This document shows positions 1 to 14,064 of a stretch of DNA of 64,000 bases, piece by piece. Origin of the DNA: Magallana gigas (Eukaryota); the NCBI RefSeq assembly GCF_963853765.1, contig NC_088858.1, positions 33,728,001 through 33,792,000 on the forward strand, in the 5' to 3' direction. Position numbers and translations under genes: made by a program. How positions within the stretch are numbered: the first letter of the stretch is position 1; every line of letters starts with the position of its first letter. The notes beneath the pieces were generated by a model, which was not told where the DNA came from, did no database searches, and worked only from the letters and a program-made list of their open reading frames with translations.

Positions 1-761
1 TTTCGACACCAGTTTCCCTGAATTTTCGTAACAGACCTACTATTTCTACATTTTAAACATAAATGCATCCATATATCACAAAAAATCAACACTAACCCGC
101 TGTCAAATCATTTTCGCAACTTCTACATCCCGGGTTTAAATTTTGTGTATCACATTGTTTATCCAGGTCAGCGCAGATTAAATGTTATGTTTCGGATAAA
201 ATTGGAAACCTATTTAAGACAATAATGTCGAAAACATAACTGAATCAACTTAATCTTACGATGTACAAACAAATACTGAGTCAAAAAATTACAAAGTGGT
301 ATTTCTTCCCTTTTTAACTATCTCTTATGGTGACAAATTTTGTTCTACATCTTTTTTAACAATAAAACGAACATTGATTAATAAAGAAAGCATACAAGAA
401 AGACTAGAATAAAGAGTTTTCATTGTTTTATGTGACAAAGTTATTATTTTATCGTATGCATTTTGTTAATTTGTCTTAAATTGTAAAACCGTTCTATATA
501 GCTTTGTAAATTTTAAGAAAAATACCTTTAATCTAAAGTCTACAATCGGAACATAATTTTCCGTTTTTCCGACTCTAAATTTTCTACTTTTTAAACCACC
601 TATAGCGAATGATCTCATAATTTAACATCGGAATGTAGAAGTTGCAAAAATGATTTAAAAGCGGGTTAGTGGTGATTTGTTTGTAATATATGGATGCATT
701 TATGTTTAAAATGTAGAAATAATAGGTCTGTTACGAAAATTCAGGGAAACTGGAGTCGAAA
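1..761. mobile_element. Foldback/MITE-like element with long inverted arms, truncated by the window start
   Basis: 1-~133 is the reverse complement of ~629-761 with few mismatches (TTTCGACACCAGTTTCCCTGAATTTTCGTAACAGACCTA vs TAGGTCTGTTACGAAAATTCAGGGAAACTGGAGTCGAAA); ~500 bp AT-rich spacer; no ORF. Confidence 0.7.
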
Positions 762-1476
762 CATGGGTCAAAGCGTCAACCGTCTTTGGTTCTGACATTT
801 ACACGTTTTCCAGAATCAAAATATGGGGGCTTGCGAAGAGAAGTGGATGTAGGCTATGCCTGTCCACTTCTCAAAAGAGAATAGCAGAGTATGCAGTTCT
901 TGGAATGTAAACCGAAGATAAATCACTGTAACCTAATCATCTTGTCATAGATGTATTGGACGATTAAGTCGAAAGGGTTGCGCGTGAACATAATTATCTT
1001 AGATACAGTATCTATATTGGTAACCTTATCGATATTTTTTACAGAATGAATACATACATATATGACTACAGATTCTAAATTAACAATGAACATGGAATTT
1101 CTGAAAGAATATTTCTAATACATAAAAATCATTTTAAATAGTTTGAAATTTTTTAGTTGCTATAAATTGACAAGAGTTTCTGCTAGCCTTGAATTTCATT
1201 TATAATAAAAATAATGGCGCCATCTGATATTGATATAAACAAAACAACATATCCCAGAGCCCCTGACTGACCCGATTTACATTGAATTACACGTGTTTTA
1301 TATCCTGAAAGAAAACAGATATCACTTAGGAACACTTTCGCTCTCAATACAACTCCCTCCAAACCTTCTTTAAATACAAAGTACAATACAAAGATCCACA
1401 CGAGGGCTATTGGATATACAAGTGGTTCCAAACAAATCAATGGTGTGTGTTTTCATGATCTGGGGGCGAAGCAACG

Positions 1477-1608
1477 NNNNNNNNNNNNNNNNNNNNNNNN
1501 NNNNNNNNNNNNNNNNNNNNNNNNNNNNNNNNNNNNNNNNNNNNNNNNNNNNNNNNNNNNNNNNNNNNNNNNNNNNNNNNNNNNNNNNNNNNNNNNNNNN
1601 NNNNNNNN
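1477..1608. other. Assembly gap
   Basis: Run of 132 N. Confidence 0.98.
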
Positions 1609-1837
1609 AGAAGAAAAATATATTAACAATTCCATAGCGATCAAAAAGCAGATCGACGTGTGCCTTAATCGTTACATGTAGCAAATGAAACGAGGGCCAA
1701 TCTTAAAGTAAGTATTACAAATTTTGTTCAAAAATGAATTGGAATCAGATCAAGATACCGTGATTTTTTTGATTTACTGTAGGTTAACCTTCCAATGGAT
1801 AAGAATCTACCAGCTGTTAAAGGTCGGGGTCACCTCA

Positions 1838-2290
1838 TTAAAAATCGTTTTCCTCCCAGCCATCCTCTTCTTCTTCCGGTACAAGCTGGATCATGCGCTC
1901 CGTGTATGTTCGGGGATCCTTTTCATAACGTTATATAAAATCTGATAGCATTTTGATTATCCAATTGTTAAATGTTTGACAATTTTAAAGCTGAATGGAG
2001 TAAATCGAATTATCCGGTGTCCGATCAAATATTTCTGATTGATTGTAAAATTCAGCAAACAGAAACTGAATTTCGTTTTTAATTTGATCAAAGAGGATGA
2101 TAAACACAATTCTTTTGAGATAGCCGAGAAATATTTGATAAACCCTAAAATTGATTGGCTAAGTTTGCATTTTCTGGACGCTGCCCAAACTTGCATGTAC
2201 CCATGCTTTCGCTTTTATCAGCATCTTCTCTTTAACCCATCTCGATAAATTTACCTTGAATGCAAAGTTACACACCTGGCTTCCAATACA
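1838..2290 (-). pseudogene. Unidentified decayed intronless ORF fragment
   Basis: One frame of 151 codons with only three isolated internal stops, ending ...RYEKDPRTYTERMIQLVPEEEEDGWEENDF*; family not recognised. Confidence 0.3.
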
Positions 2291-2549
2291 TACATGTACA
2301 TTATTTTTGTCATTGAAAGTTTTTATTTAAAAAAAAAATCGATGATATTAAATAGCAATATTATTTTAAATGAAAAAAAAAAACCCTAGAGAAATAAGAG
2401 ACAACAAACATATGCTGCGAAATATGGCTAATTGCTAAACATCTAGATAGTTGACAAAGGTTTAAGTAAATAGTTTCAAACCATTTGCTGTTTGAAAAAT
2501 GAATTTTAATGGCGATTATGTGAAAAAAAGTGCCATTTTGATAGAATGT

Positions 2550-2830
2550 GTCCCGGTTTATAGATCGAGGCGGGTATCTTTTAAGTATGTATAGCGAAAG
2601 TATGAGGGTCTTTTTTTAAAAGCGTAGGCGGTACAAGGGCAATTTCAGATATAGCGATTTGAGAAGCAATCGATAGAGGGTAGAAACAGAGCGAAGTTGG
2701 AGAATTTCCGGATACAAGGTGTACGCTCGTGGAAGACGCTAAGCAGGTGCGAGAGCAGTGTTTACATCTCCGAGTGTTTATTCATGACAAGTGATGTCTT
2801 CCTTCGGACACTTATTTCCGGGATTTTGAG
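2550..2830 (+). promoter_or_regulatory. Candidate promoter and non-coding first exon of globin A
   Basis: Locally CpG/GC-enriched block with GGCGGG at 2569-2574, ending in a strong donor GAG|GTAAGC (GT at 2831); upstream of the unpaired acceptor at 21300; exon start unknown. Confidence 0.35.
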
Positions 2831-3450
2831 GTAAGCGGTTTACACATACGGTATTTTGTAAATTTTAGAAGTTCGTCTTTATTCTCTTGTCTTTACTTAT
2901 GAATGCAAAAATATTTCCTGAATTAAAAAAAACATACAAACAAACTAGACGATTAAAAACATAATGTGCTTATGGTATTTTAACGCGGGTTTCAAAAATA
3001 TCTTCTGCAGAATTTTTCGCAAATAATGAGGAATGAAAAAAAAAAACCCATAAAGCACTCTTTAGAATCCAAAAATCGCATCAAACTTTAAATAGTATCA
3101 ATGATGGTATTTGCATTCGTATTTATTTGAAGAGCCTTTAAGCGGTGTCTCAATCTTTAAAACTATGTTGAAGTTGCATGTATGGTTCACCTTTGGAGCA
3201 TTCAAGGAAGTTTATCACGTGTATATATGCATACAAATATTTGAGAGAGAACAATTTTATCTCATACAAACCAGAGAATGCGACTCTCCTCCGGCGAATA
3301 TCGACGTGTGATTACTTTCAATCATTCACATACATGTAGCAAACTGATGTATGAGGTTGTTTCTTCTGGGCGGGAGAGGTATGTGAAGTATAATATCGAA
3401 CAAGTGTACATGGTTTTGGCAAAATTAATCTTCAGCGTGTAAGTGAAAGA

Positions 3451-3608
3451 NNNNNNNNNNNNNNNNNNNNNNNNNNNNNNNNNNNNNNNNNNNNNNNNNN
3501 NNNNNNNNNNNNNNNNNNNNNNNNNNNNNNNNNNNNNNNNNNNNNNNNNNNNNNNNNNNNNNNNNNNNNNNNNNNNNNNNNNNNNNNNNNNNNNNNNNNN
3601 NNNNNNNN
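3451..3608. other. Assembly gap
   Basis: Run of 158 N. Confidence 0.98.
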
Positions 3609-3972
3609 ACACCCTTAGCTTGTAAAATTCATTATAAAATATAGTAAAATTACAAAATGCAAACATGCAGCGCTAGATTTCATCAGAACAACACAATAGA
3701 TTTGTGTCGATTTATTATAGTTTGTTTGATGCGAGTTTCTAAAAATTGATTAAATGTATTATGACGAACCCTTGCTCTAATAGGCCGATTTAAAACGTCG
3801 TTATGAAGAAGACTAAAAGCATCGTGATGCAGTTTTGTCATGGTGACCCAAAGCTTCGTTTACGGGCGGATAAATCGGGCATGGTATTTTTTATTATTAT
3901 GATAAAATGTGACAGCATGAGGATATCAATCAATGCAACTATTTGATTCTTTACGATTAAAACAAAATGCAG

Positions 3973-3973
<1 letters not shown>

Positions 3974-4010
<37 letters not shown>
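3974..4010. repeat. (CT)n microsatellite
   Basis: Perfect dinucleotide run, 37 nt. Confidence 0.97.
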
Positions 4011-4013
<3 letters not shown>

Positions 4014-4281
4014 AGACTTTGGTAATGAAACCTTATCATCAACTTTCCATACCGAGCTTTTGATGATTTGATTTAAATCCCCACAAAACTCTTAATCTAA
4101 GAGGTAGTTTGATCAGATAACGGAATTTAAAGCTAACTTTCTATCATAATCATTTATGCAAACACAAAAGCTATAATGTTAAGGCATGGAATAAAGGTTT
4201 GATATTTGACAACTTTAAATATTGAAAATTCGCTCGATTGTTTTGAAATTCAACGGGTTTGTTTAGTCCCATTAGATAATT

Positions 4282-4284
<3 letters not shown>

Positions 4285-4350
<66 letters not shown>
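4285..4350. repeat. (TC)n microsatellite
   Basis: Perfect dinucleotide run, 66 nt; explains the ER-repeat ORF 4171-4389. Confidence 0.97.
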
Positions 4351-4356
<6 letters not shown>

Positions 4357-7178
4357 CTTTATAAGATTTTTGATATGCATCGATATCAATATTTATAGTC
4401 CTTTTTGCACAATAAAGGGCTTTTATTTTAAGAAGTAGTATTGATTGGAATGCAATTTGCTATTTTGGCATGAAGTACTGATATTGTCTCTAAAACAATA
4501 TTCTGCAATAACGTTATCAAAAAAGGGTATATTTATTCTACGAAAATTGAACTTTAAAGTCTGATAACATCTCAAGTAGTATGCAAATGGAAATGCATTA
4601 GCAACTGAAATGAATGGTCAATAGATAATAGTGGCGATATTACCGCGATAAGCAAATAACTACATGTATACGAAGGAAATATATTTGTTATCTTTGAAAA
4701 GTAAATTTATCTAAGGTTGTAACAACGTCAACAAATAAATTTGTAGTCACTTCCGAGCGGAAATATTGTCCTCCATTCAAGTCAACGAAAAGATTTTTTG
4801 TCTTTATCTCTAAAACATTCAAAAAGAAAACCTGTTTTAAAAACCTCAAACATATAAGATTATGATCAATATCTGAGATGAATAAAAAATACAATGCACA
4901 TGTTTTGACACCTATTCCCTTCACAATAGGCCTAACTTGAATGCAATAAGAAGCCTTGTTGGTCATCAGCATAATGCATTTACAATAATTGCATCACAAT
5001 TGAAACAGGCATTACTGCAGCATGTCTAAATCTTAGAATTTAAACTCATGGCATGGGGGAATCAATGGTTTCGGCACCATCAAGATGTGATAGATAAAAA
5101 AGCTCTGACGATGTTTAAAGGAAATCGGTACATGTATTTAAGTGTTAAAAGTTTCGAAAGGTCAAAACACGCTGTTTGTTGCAAAAGAGACAATTTTACA
5201 TCAATAATGGAGTATGGCGGATGATTGTAGTTAAACCACATGTTTATGTTATTTTTACACCTGCTGTTAATTATTTCTGTTTTTTTTTTATTTTGATTAC
5301 AACTGGCGTGGTCCAAAACCTGGTCCAAATAACGACCAAATAACCGCTACTATCAAAGGGAGTGCTGGCGTATGGATGGTTATGTATAATCAATTCTGCT
5401 GGAAATAAGATGCCTAGAACAAAATAGTTTGATAGACATCTGCAACAGGCTTAAGCAAGCATTTACTGAATGGGTACAGCTTTAATACTGAGGATAAAAC
5501 GCTACTGAATATGCGGCATTTGGAGGGGAAGATTTTTTTATAATAAAAATACATATCTGTGTTCAACATCACATCAATTAGATAGTGATTTAATCAATTA
5601 ACGGTGTAGAAAAACTGATTAAATGATCCCCGTAAGGAAATGGGGCTCAAGATATTGCAATTTGGATCGTGGCTAATGGATTTTTTCTCTCTCCCTAGAT
5701 ATTCTTTATTCAGAGATGTGAATTGCATCTCGGAGATAAATTGACCCATGCAGTTTTAACCACTTTAATGGGATTTCAGTGTTTATTTTCGAGAACCGTG
5801 GATTAGGCCATAAACCCATATCTGTTTTGTCTCCTGGTGAAAAATACTCTAATTAGAGCTGACTTCACAACGTTGCGTTTGCAACGAGAAATAAAACGCT
5901 AAATTCATTTTAAATCCATTTTATGTCTCAAAGCAATTTGAATGAAATTGCAGGTCAAATTAATTTAAACGCTACCAAGAGTATAATATATATCAAGAAC
6001 CCTGCTCATTTCCGTCCATGTTTTCTTAGCCGTTAACGTTGCATTAGTAGTTCAGTATGTCCGTAAAATCTTTAAAGGCAGTCGGTGCAATATCGATATT
6101 ATTTGTCTCGTCAAAATAAACATGCAAGCTAATTTCCGTATTGTACTAAAAAGATAAGAAACTTGGTTAATCACGGAGAAGGATTTTTAACTTCAATGCT
6201 ATGTTGATTTTTGACTTTTTATTAGATTTGTACTGTTGTTTAACTGACTTTCAAAATAAAAACAAGAAGGATATTTTTAAAATATCATTAGAATATGGCT
6301 ACAAATATTGACATGTTGAAACTAGCAGCAGTTTGATTTGAAGTTGTTCAAGACAGTCGGTGCAATATTGATATTTGTCCAATCAAAGTAAACAACCTAA
6401 CTAATTTTTGTGTAATAAAAAGAACAGGAATCAACAGAAATTAAAGTATCCTTTAGATACAATGAATGACAGGGCATCATAGAGTAGGAAAATATTAAAA
6501 TATTAACAACTTATACGTCATGTCGAATCTGTATTTTATATTGGATTTTATCATCACTGTAGCGTAAATGACCTTCAAAACAATCTTCATGAATATAAAT
6601 ATATTAAGTTAATAAAGAAAAATCCTTGGGGTTCTTCCAATAAATACTGACGCGCCGAAACTCACAGCAGTTTGATTTGAAAACTGCAAAATGCCAAATT
6701 TATAAATTGCAGAAAAGCTGCTAAAAACTGACAAGAATTTGTATCTGGTATTTGTCAGAGAGAAGTATTTGTTCTGAGTCTTACTGGTACTTGAGAACCA
6801 TTAATATTTACATAATTCTGTTATTGCATGTCTAACGGTATATCGTCGCTTAAGTAATTAACAAACATACAAAACACTACCAGGCACGGGGTATTAATGT
6901 GAACATGAAAATGCATGACGGATAATATAATCTATTGTTTTGTAATTGTCCAGCTCGCTTATGAGCTCAGAATTCTTATTGTAATAAACTTTTGGCACTA
7001 TCCCAAAACCAAAAGCTTAAATTATAACTCGACGTACTTTTCTTCACCTATGGGTGACTCGATATAGGAAAGACGCAAAATTGTTTTACCATTGGGAAAA
7101 TACAATACCCTTTTTTACCAATGAGAAAGGATATAATTGGAAAATCTGACATCTCTGATCAATTCTCAACTTAGAATA

Positions 7179-7428
7179 GAACCATTTTAACCTTGGACTT
7201 TCGGTTGGACGTTGCTATTTATTTCTTGCGTCAAAAAAAGTTAAAAATGACGCGGTTTAACAGTGTTTAAAGCAAAATGTGCACCGATTGCGTAGTATTA
7301 GCCCAAAAGCAAGACAAATCTTGTTGATTTCAAAGAGCCATGACTGAGTGGCAAGCAATGAAATAAACAGGCCTAAAATTGCTGTTTGGCACAACTACCC
7401 AAAGTCCAAGCTCTTGATAAAATGGTTC
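7179..7428 (-). mobile_element. TA-flanked MITE family 1, copy A (Tc1/mariner-type, non-autonomous)
   Basis: TA|GAACCATTTTAAC..TTGGACTTT ... AAAGTCCAAGCTCTTGATAAAATGGTTC|TA; ~30 bp TIRs; alignable to five other copies in the window. Confidence 0.88.
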
Positions 7429-10299
7429 TAAATCCATGTTTTGTACACAGTACAATACAGACCCTTTAAATCTGTATTTTTAGCTATGTCTTTCCTTCAA
7501 CATGGTGAAACTGATCGTGGATGAAATATAAAAACACCTCACGCTATATAAAAATCATTCTGTTATGATATAATGTAAATTAGATACGTTATTAACATCT
7601 GGTCATTCAAGCTCATGTGATTTCTCTATGTGAAAATACAGTAAACAGTTCTAATCAACATCAACGAATAATGGGATCCTTCCCCGAAAAATCCGACTTA
7701 TTTAGAAAGAATACTGAGTAGACCATAACAACTTATAAACCCCCTCAAAGAGTAATAAAATAAAAACAGGGGAAACCAAGAAATATTGTGGTTTGATTAA
7801 TATTCATGGGCATTAATTTTCGTGGATTAAGTGAAACTCGCAGTTTCAAGGATACGTTTGAGGTCGTTGCCAGTGATCCTATCAATACAATGAGCTGTTA
7901 GATTTTGCACTTGATAGTAAACACCAATTTTCTTGAATCAATATATCAACGAAATTGGCATTTAGCGCATATTGACAAAACCAATTTACTTAGTGTTTTG
8001 GGTTTTTTTTCTATTACAAAGGAATTTCTACTTTTAATTATCCTATTCCCAACAAAGTTCATGTTTTCAATTAATATATGGAAATATAATATCGGTCTGA
8101 GTAGGGCCCAATGTAGACATCCAAGTTCAATTAATCAAAAATCATACAAAGAAACATGTAACACATTGTATTGACCGTAGGACGAACAAGATGACCCCGG
8201 TCACTTGTACGAGTCCTAATTATTTTGATTCTTTTTGTCCCCTTTCTGATCTAAGCGTCTGGCCTGACCCTGGCCTTGATATGAACTGTATATACTACTG
8301 TACGTAAACTGAATCTATTTAGATATAGAATCAATAGCTATCTAATTTTACTGGCATTGCTCACACATATATACCGTCAAAACAAATTTGCTACATAGAG
8401 CATGCGTGCGTTCAGTTCCAAAAAAGGGCCACGACTCCTAGTCCTCTTACTGAACCCAGTCAAGTACTCAATTAAAATCTATACATGTAGGTCGAATACT
8501 GTAAAATGATTTATGTTTCTAAATAAAATTTTGTTCTCATCTCCCACCGGGGGAAGGATCATAAAAGAAGTTTAAAGATGGGGAAGTAGGGTGGTCATTG
8601 ATGTTCAGGATAAGCGTGGCCTCGAAATTTATAGACACTTCTGTGGAAAGTTCCATCTTTTACATACAAGTAATTACCCTCATAATTTTAATCTTGACCA
8701 AAGATGATGATATATACTTCAATCAAAAAGTCAAACAAGAAGAAAGATATTTCAAAACCCTTTGAACTCAGATTTGTAGAAACAAACACTCGCAACTTCT
8801 ATGGCATTTCCGGTAGAACCCGGAAGGTTTCTGCTACATGTAACAAACGAAAGGCCCGAGAAGTTACGATTTTATAGTGTGCCTCGGTCATGACCATTGG
8901 ATGACCTATTACTCACGCAATGCTGATGTCAGGCACTCTCCAACAAATATGTTGAAATCTATACGCCACGCGCCTTCACTCTTTATAAACGTGATGATCA
9001 TCTATGTATATGTCTCTTATTCTTTTACTCTGACTAATGTTACCCAGATTAATTGAACCGTACTTATGGTACTTATGATTAATATTACATCTAAAATTTG
9101 TCTTAATTGTCATAAAAGTATCTGTCTACCTTCCCTCTTCTCTACAAACCGTTGACGCAGAGTTTCATAATGGCTTATTTTGTACGTAGCAATGTATCAA
9201 GTTAGTGTAACAGTTGTAAAAAGCCTAGTTTAATACAGAGGCTCCCTAAACCTCTCTGTGCCGACTTTGTGTCTTATCTCACTCTCCGCAGCACTATCTG
9301 TCTCCGTGGCTGAGAGCCGGATACTCCGACAACTTGAATCAATTTGACCGAGATTTGAAGAGTTCGTAATAAGAATCATTTTCTAATATTCCTTTTATCT
9401 CCTCATGGATAATGATATAATCTTTTTTTCATAAACTTGAAAAAATGAAGATAATTAATATGGCTACTTTACGAGATACATTAGGTTTATTTTTATTTTA
9501 ACAAATGCAACCTGTAAATGGCGCACAGTTTTCGAGTTCCGAAGTAGAGCAAAAATGATTCGTATATTACTCAATGATAAGTAAAACAGCAAAACTTGCG
9601 CCTTTCAAATATCGACATTCCCGTTTCAAAGAAACGGAGATTTCCGTTTTTTAATCAGGCATGTAACTATCTGGGTCCATCAACTATCTATTTTTGCGGA
9701 AAACCGACCTTTTTTCGTAAATTTATGTACATGATATGTAATAAAAATGTTTTTTTTAACGACTTAGCCCCTCAACTTTTTGTCAGAGTATTAAGAATAT
9801 GAGGAAAGGTTACATGTAGATCAAATTTCTAGGTAATGATTCCCACCTCAAACCCCCCCTCCCCGGATTTTAGGATATTTTTTTTAAGGGTGAAAGGGGG
9901 TGGGTGGGTCTGGGACGCTTTAAAAATGAACGATGTTCCGTGCTTGTTTAGTTGTCTGCTCGTGAAAATGATGTTACACGAAATGACTGCTTTTTGTAAC
10001 GTCTCAAGAACAGCCCGAGACAGACAACAGTTGACAAAAGGAAATTGACATGTTTCTCTGCCACGGTTCAAAATGAATTACTGTCAAAAAAGATTTCCTG
10101 TTTAATAACAGATCACATCATATTACGAGGCTCTCGGCGGCGAGAAATGAACTCCTTCAAGAGCTATATTACTGTGTGCGAAATGTCGACCACTCGCCCG
10201 TCAATTGTAAGATGCTCCAGCAAATTAGATAGGTCGAAAAGGTTATTTTCTGCACCAGACGCATGACATGCAAGATACCCCCCTCCCTTAGTCGATTCC

Positions 10300-10442
10300 C
10301 TCATAGACACAGTTCATGCTAACGTAGATGGATCAATCCCTCAAGTAATGTTGCTCTTTCTTAGACCATTTTTACTCCTCCACGTGCTACTTCGAATCGT
10401 TTCTTGGGATATAGCGTAATTACGTTATTTCAATCGTCGACG
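10300..10442 (+). other. Candidate non-coding (alternative first) exon of globin A
   Basis: Strong donor CG|GTAAGT (GT at 10443); CpG-rich upstream block 9900-10440; E-box CACGTG at 10381-10386; start coordinate approximate. Confidence 0.4.
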
Positions 10443-10538
10443 GTAAGTATGTATTTCAATTTTCATATCGTAACTCGATTAAGTGTATCGAGATGGGGTT
10501 TTACTTGAATCAATAGATTCACAATTTCTTCTGTCTAG

Positions 10539-10686
10539 ATGCAAGATAATCAAACCGAAGTCTGAGCTAAGAGTCGAAATAAGTGGGAAAACTATTATGG
10601 GTTGCATGCACTGCTGCTATAAAAAATGGGATCAATAACCTTAACTTTGAGTATCACGACTTTTCTTTCTATGGAATTTTGTGTAG
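10539..10686 (+). other. Candidate 5' UTR exon after a 96-nt intron
   Basis: Pyrimidine tract plus AG acceptor (TTTCTTCTGTCTAG, AG 10537-10538); possible donors AG|GTTAAT at 10687 or AT|GTAAGT at 10717; contains short ORF MGCMHCCYKKWDQ* from 10597. Confidence 0.3.
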
Positions 10687-13223
10687 GTTAATATTTTGAA
10701 ATTTTTGATGATATATGTAAGTTACATTTATAAAGTAATTGATCATTATATCGAACTTCTGAAAATTGTTTTTTTAATGTCTTTTCTTTAAATGACACAA
10801 TTTACTGATTAGTGTTAGTTTACTTAAGCAATTTTGTAAAGATGTGACAGTTGGTGCAGGGGTTAGTTGGCGGTGAGTTGTTTTAAAAATCCTGCAAATT
10901 AGAGATAAAAACTTCAAATTCAAGATTAGCGGAAAATAATTAAACTTCTTTTTTGTGGGGGTTGAGGGTGCTCTCTTTCGCTACCGCACAGGCCTATGTA
11001 GGATTTGCATTTAACGTAATTCATTGCGCAGTAATGATGTACAGTGAATTCCAGACAACGCGAAAATTGGAAAATCGTTGTTTGTACATGTATGTTAAGT
11101 GGGCTATGTATTTCACAATAGCCTGTCAGAAGCTCATGAATAAATTTAGTTTCATACTGAGCAAAAGGAAAATGCAATGAATTTGGCGAGGGAGCCAGAG
11201 ATGGGGGCAGATGTCTACCGTGCTCCAGCTGTTCAGTGCTATATAAAAAACTCCCATGTTCGTAAAACTGTTTTACGATTATAGATAGGTTAATGGTTGC
11301 TTTTATAGTGCTCCTGATGGGGGTGTTGCATGAAATGCAACGTTTCATTTTCATGGTATCAACAAAAAAAGAAAGGCTGAAAAGATCGTTCGAAGAGCGG
11401 AGACTGTGTGACTTTTTCTAATTTAATTTTAAAACATATCCTTCATTTTAAAAAGTATGAGTTAGATTTGTAATAAATGATAAATACGACAAATTTTCAC
11501 TCGAATGACTAATAGGGCTTTTGTTATAAACCAATCTTACTATCATCAAATGAAACACATGCTTCCTTGTATTAAAGCAACGATGAATTTGTACTTATTA
11601 CTTTTTTAAGTCGATTTGCTTTTTAACATTTGCCCAAACATTGGCCGGACTGGCCGTCAATTTATCGCCTTATAACTCTTTTGATCCCATTGTTTAGTTT
11701 TCGGTTTTATTGATTTAAAAAATAGATGTTTGTCTAATTAAGGATAATACATGTAGCAATTAAACCTAAATATATTTCTTCCAAAAAAAAAGCTTAGTTG
11801 TGTTTATATAGAAAAAAAATGGATTTATAACTCACTGCGGTGTTATGACGGATTAAAACGTATTTCATTCTACATGTGAATAATAGTGCTATTTTGGGTT
11901 TTATTTAAGGAATAGAGGACTGTTATGGGGATAAAAACACGAGTCATGATTCCTTATTACCAATATGTACATTTTAAAATCGTACTTATCATTAAAATCA
12001 TAAACAATTACAAACCAATCACGTGATGCTTTGGACAAACCAATTTAAGGCCTCGTGCCAGTCATCGTTCTGTTGAACCATAGAACAAAATTTTATTTGA
12101 AGTTCATGATGGACACTTTTCAAGCGAAAAAGAAAAAAAGAGGACTTTTTTGTATTTAGTATTCTTATGTGGGGTTAGACAAGAATACAATTCAATCAAT
12201 ATAAAAGATTCGTAAAGAAATAATCAGAGGTCAAAACGAGGTTGCATTGATACCAGTCCAGATTTTAAAATATGCCCTTAAAGTGCAGCATCTGAGGTTC
12301 AGACCACAAACCACATTAACCACCACATAGATTTCAATTAACCAACACTAAACCAACAATAGCAACACTATTTCAGGAATTTCTTGGCTTTTCTTACTCT
12401 TTATTTTATCAATAAGACCGAAATAATAATGTTTTCATACACCATTCTAGCTGAACATGTATTATTCTTTAGATAACTAAGGTTATCGGGATGTCTGTTG
12501 GTAGCAGGAAGCAATGAGATAACCTTGATCCGCGTTCAAGTACAAGTATTACATGTAAATATTAGGCTCAAAGAGAGAAAGAGAGAGACGGAGGATTATG
12601 AAGGTGACGACATTTGTTTTACTTCCTGTCAAAAAACCTTTACTTTTAAAATCAAAACATCCTTATCAAACATATCTTCTAAAGAAAAAAACATTAATTC
12701 AGTCATGTTTTGACAGCATGGAAATAATAACTTCCGGAATAGAATTAGCAATATGGATTTTATCCTTCACCATTCATGTTACCAACATTCATTCCGTTCT
12801 TACTTCCGATGTATATTAATTTAGCTGTTACTCCAACTTACGCGGTTGCAATTGCCTTTCTTTCAATTCTGTTTTTCAACAGAGGGGCCTTTCTGGTCCA
12901 GTAATTGTTATCGATTTTGGTGTTATAGACAGAAAGATTTTGTAAATTCCATCTGAGCACCATTTTTTGTGCCAAGCGTCATTAATTGGAGGTTTTAGCT
13001 CTTTAGAACAACGGATTTCTTGCCAAAGTAAAGTCTTGGATCAATAGAAACTTAAAACTTACTGGTGATCTGCTAACTGAGGCATTTTATTGCACGTACA
13101 ATTTTTATATTTTTTTTTTGTCAGCCAAGTAGACGCATATCTATATTGCATCGACGCAAGCATTTCGTTTTACATTATCATTACTTATCCATCCATCTTT
13201 TACTCTGAAAACAACTTGTTTTA

Positions 13224-13409
13224 GAACCATTTTAACATAGTTTGGACTTTCGGTAGTTGTGTCAAACAGCAATGTGACGTAGGTCTGTCTATTTCATTGC
13301 TGACCACTCAACCAAAGCTCTGTGAAATCAACAAGATTTGTCTGGCTTTTGAACTACGCAATCTGTGACGCAAGGGTCCTATCGAAAGTCCAAGGTCTTG
13401 TTAAAATGG
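13224..13409 (+). mobile_element. MITE family 1, copy B (internally deleted)
   Basis: TA|GAACCATTTTAACATAGTTTGGACTTT ... AAAGTCCAAGGTCTTGTTAAAATGG; ~60 bp shorter than full copies. Confidence 0.82.
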
Positions 13410-14064
13410 GGGTGGGGGTGGGGGTTTCAATAAAGAATAGTTTTTATTATAATATTACTTTTCTTCAAACATCATCCGGGCTTTTTCATCCAGTTATAAT
13501 TACAAGTCACGAAAGTGCTATTACTGATTCCATCTACTGACAGCTGTAACTTTACCATTAAGCTGTTGCCTTAATGGGATCAAAGAGAATGGTGGCTACT
13601 GTACTGATTTATATTGTCGGGTGATTATCTAAATAAAGGAAAGTGTTCGGGTCAAAGAATTGATCAAAACTATCCCCATCATTGAAACTTCCGGAAGAAG
13701 TGGGGATTACTCGTCTTCTCCGACCGGTTAGAATCGATTTCTTTCTTTCAACATATTTTGTACACTTGTTATTCCAAATTGAGACACGATCGGCTTCGTT
13801 TAGTTGTACGTCAAAACGACATTATTTTGAGTTTTCCTCATGTGTTCATATAAATCAATCAATACACCTTTGAACTTTAAATTTCTTTACTTTGGAATTA
13901 AAAATATATGGACTGGGGTTTTTTTTCAAGCAAAATTTAGTATGTCATGTGACAACTCCCGGTTTCTGACATTTATTTTTTACCTTGATACATGTAGCTC
14001 ATCCCGGTATCCATGATTTGACTATAATTGTTAACATCAATTATATTCATTCGATTTCTAACAT

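Noticed and set aside
3090-3450. Plus-strand frame faintly resembling a tyrosine recombinase (TLLRRI...CFFWAGEV)
   Set aside because: About five stops in ~105 codons is near random expectation, and catalytic motifs are absent.
12700-13085. Minus-strand GTAAGT donors at 12841 and 13062 with protein-like stretches
   Set aside because: No matching acceptors or consistent frame, internal stops, no recognisable family.
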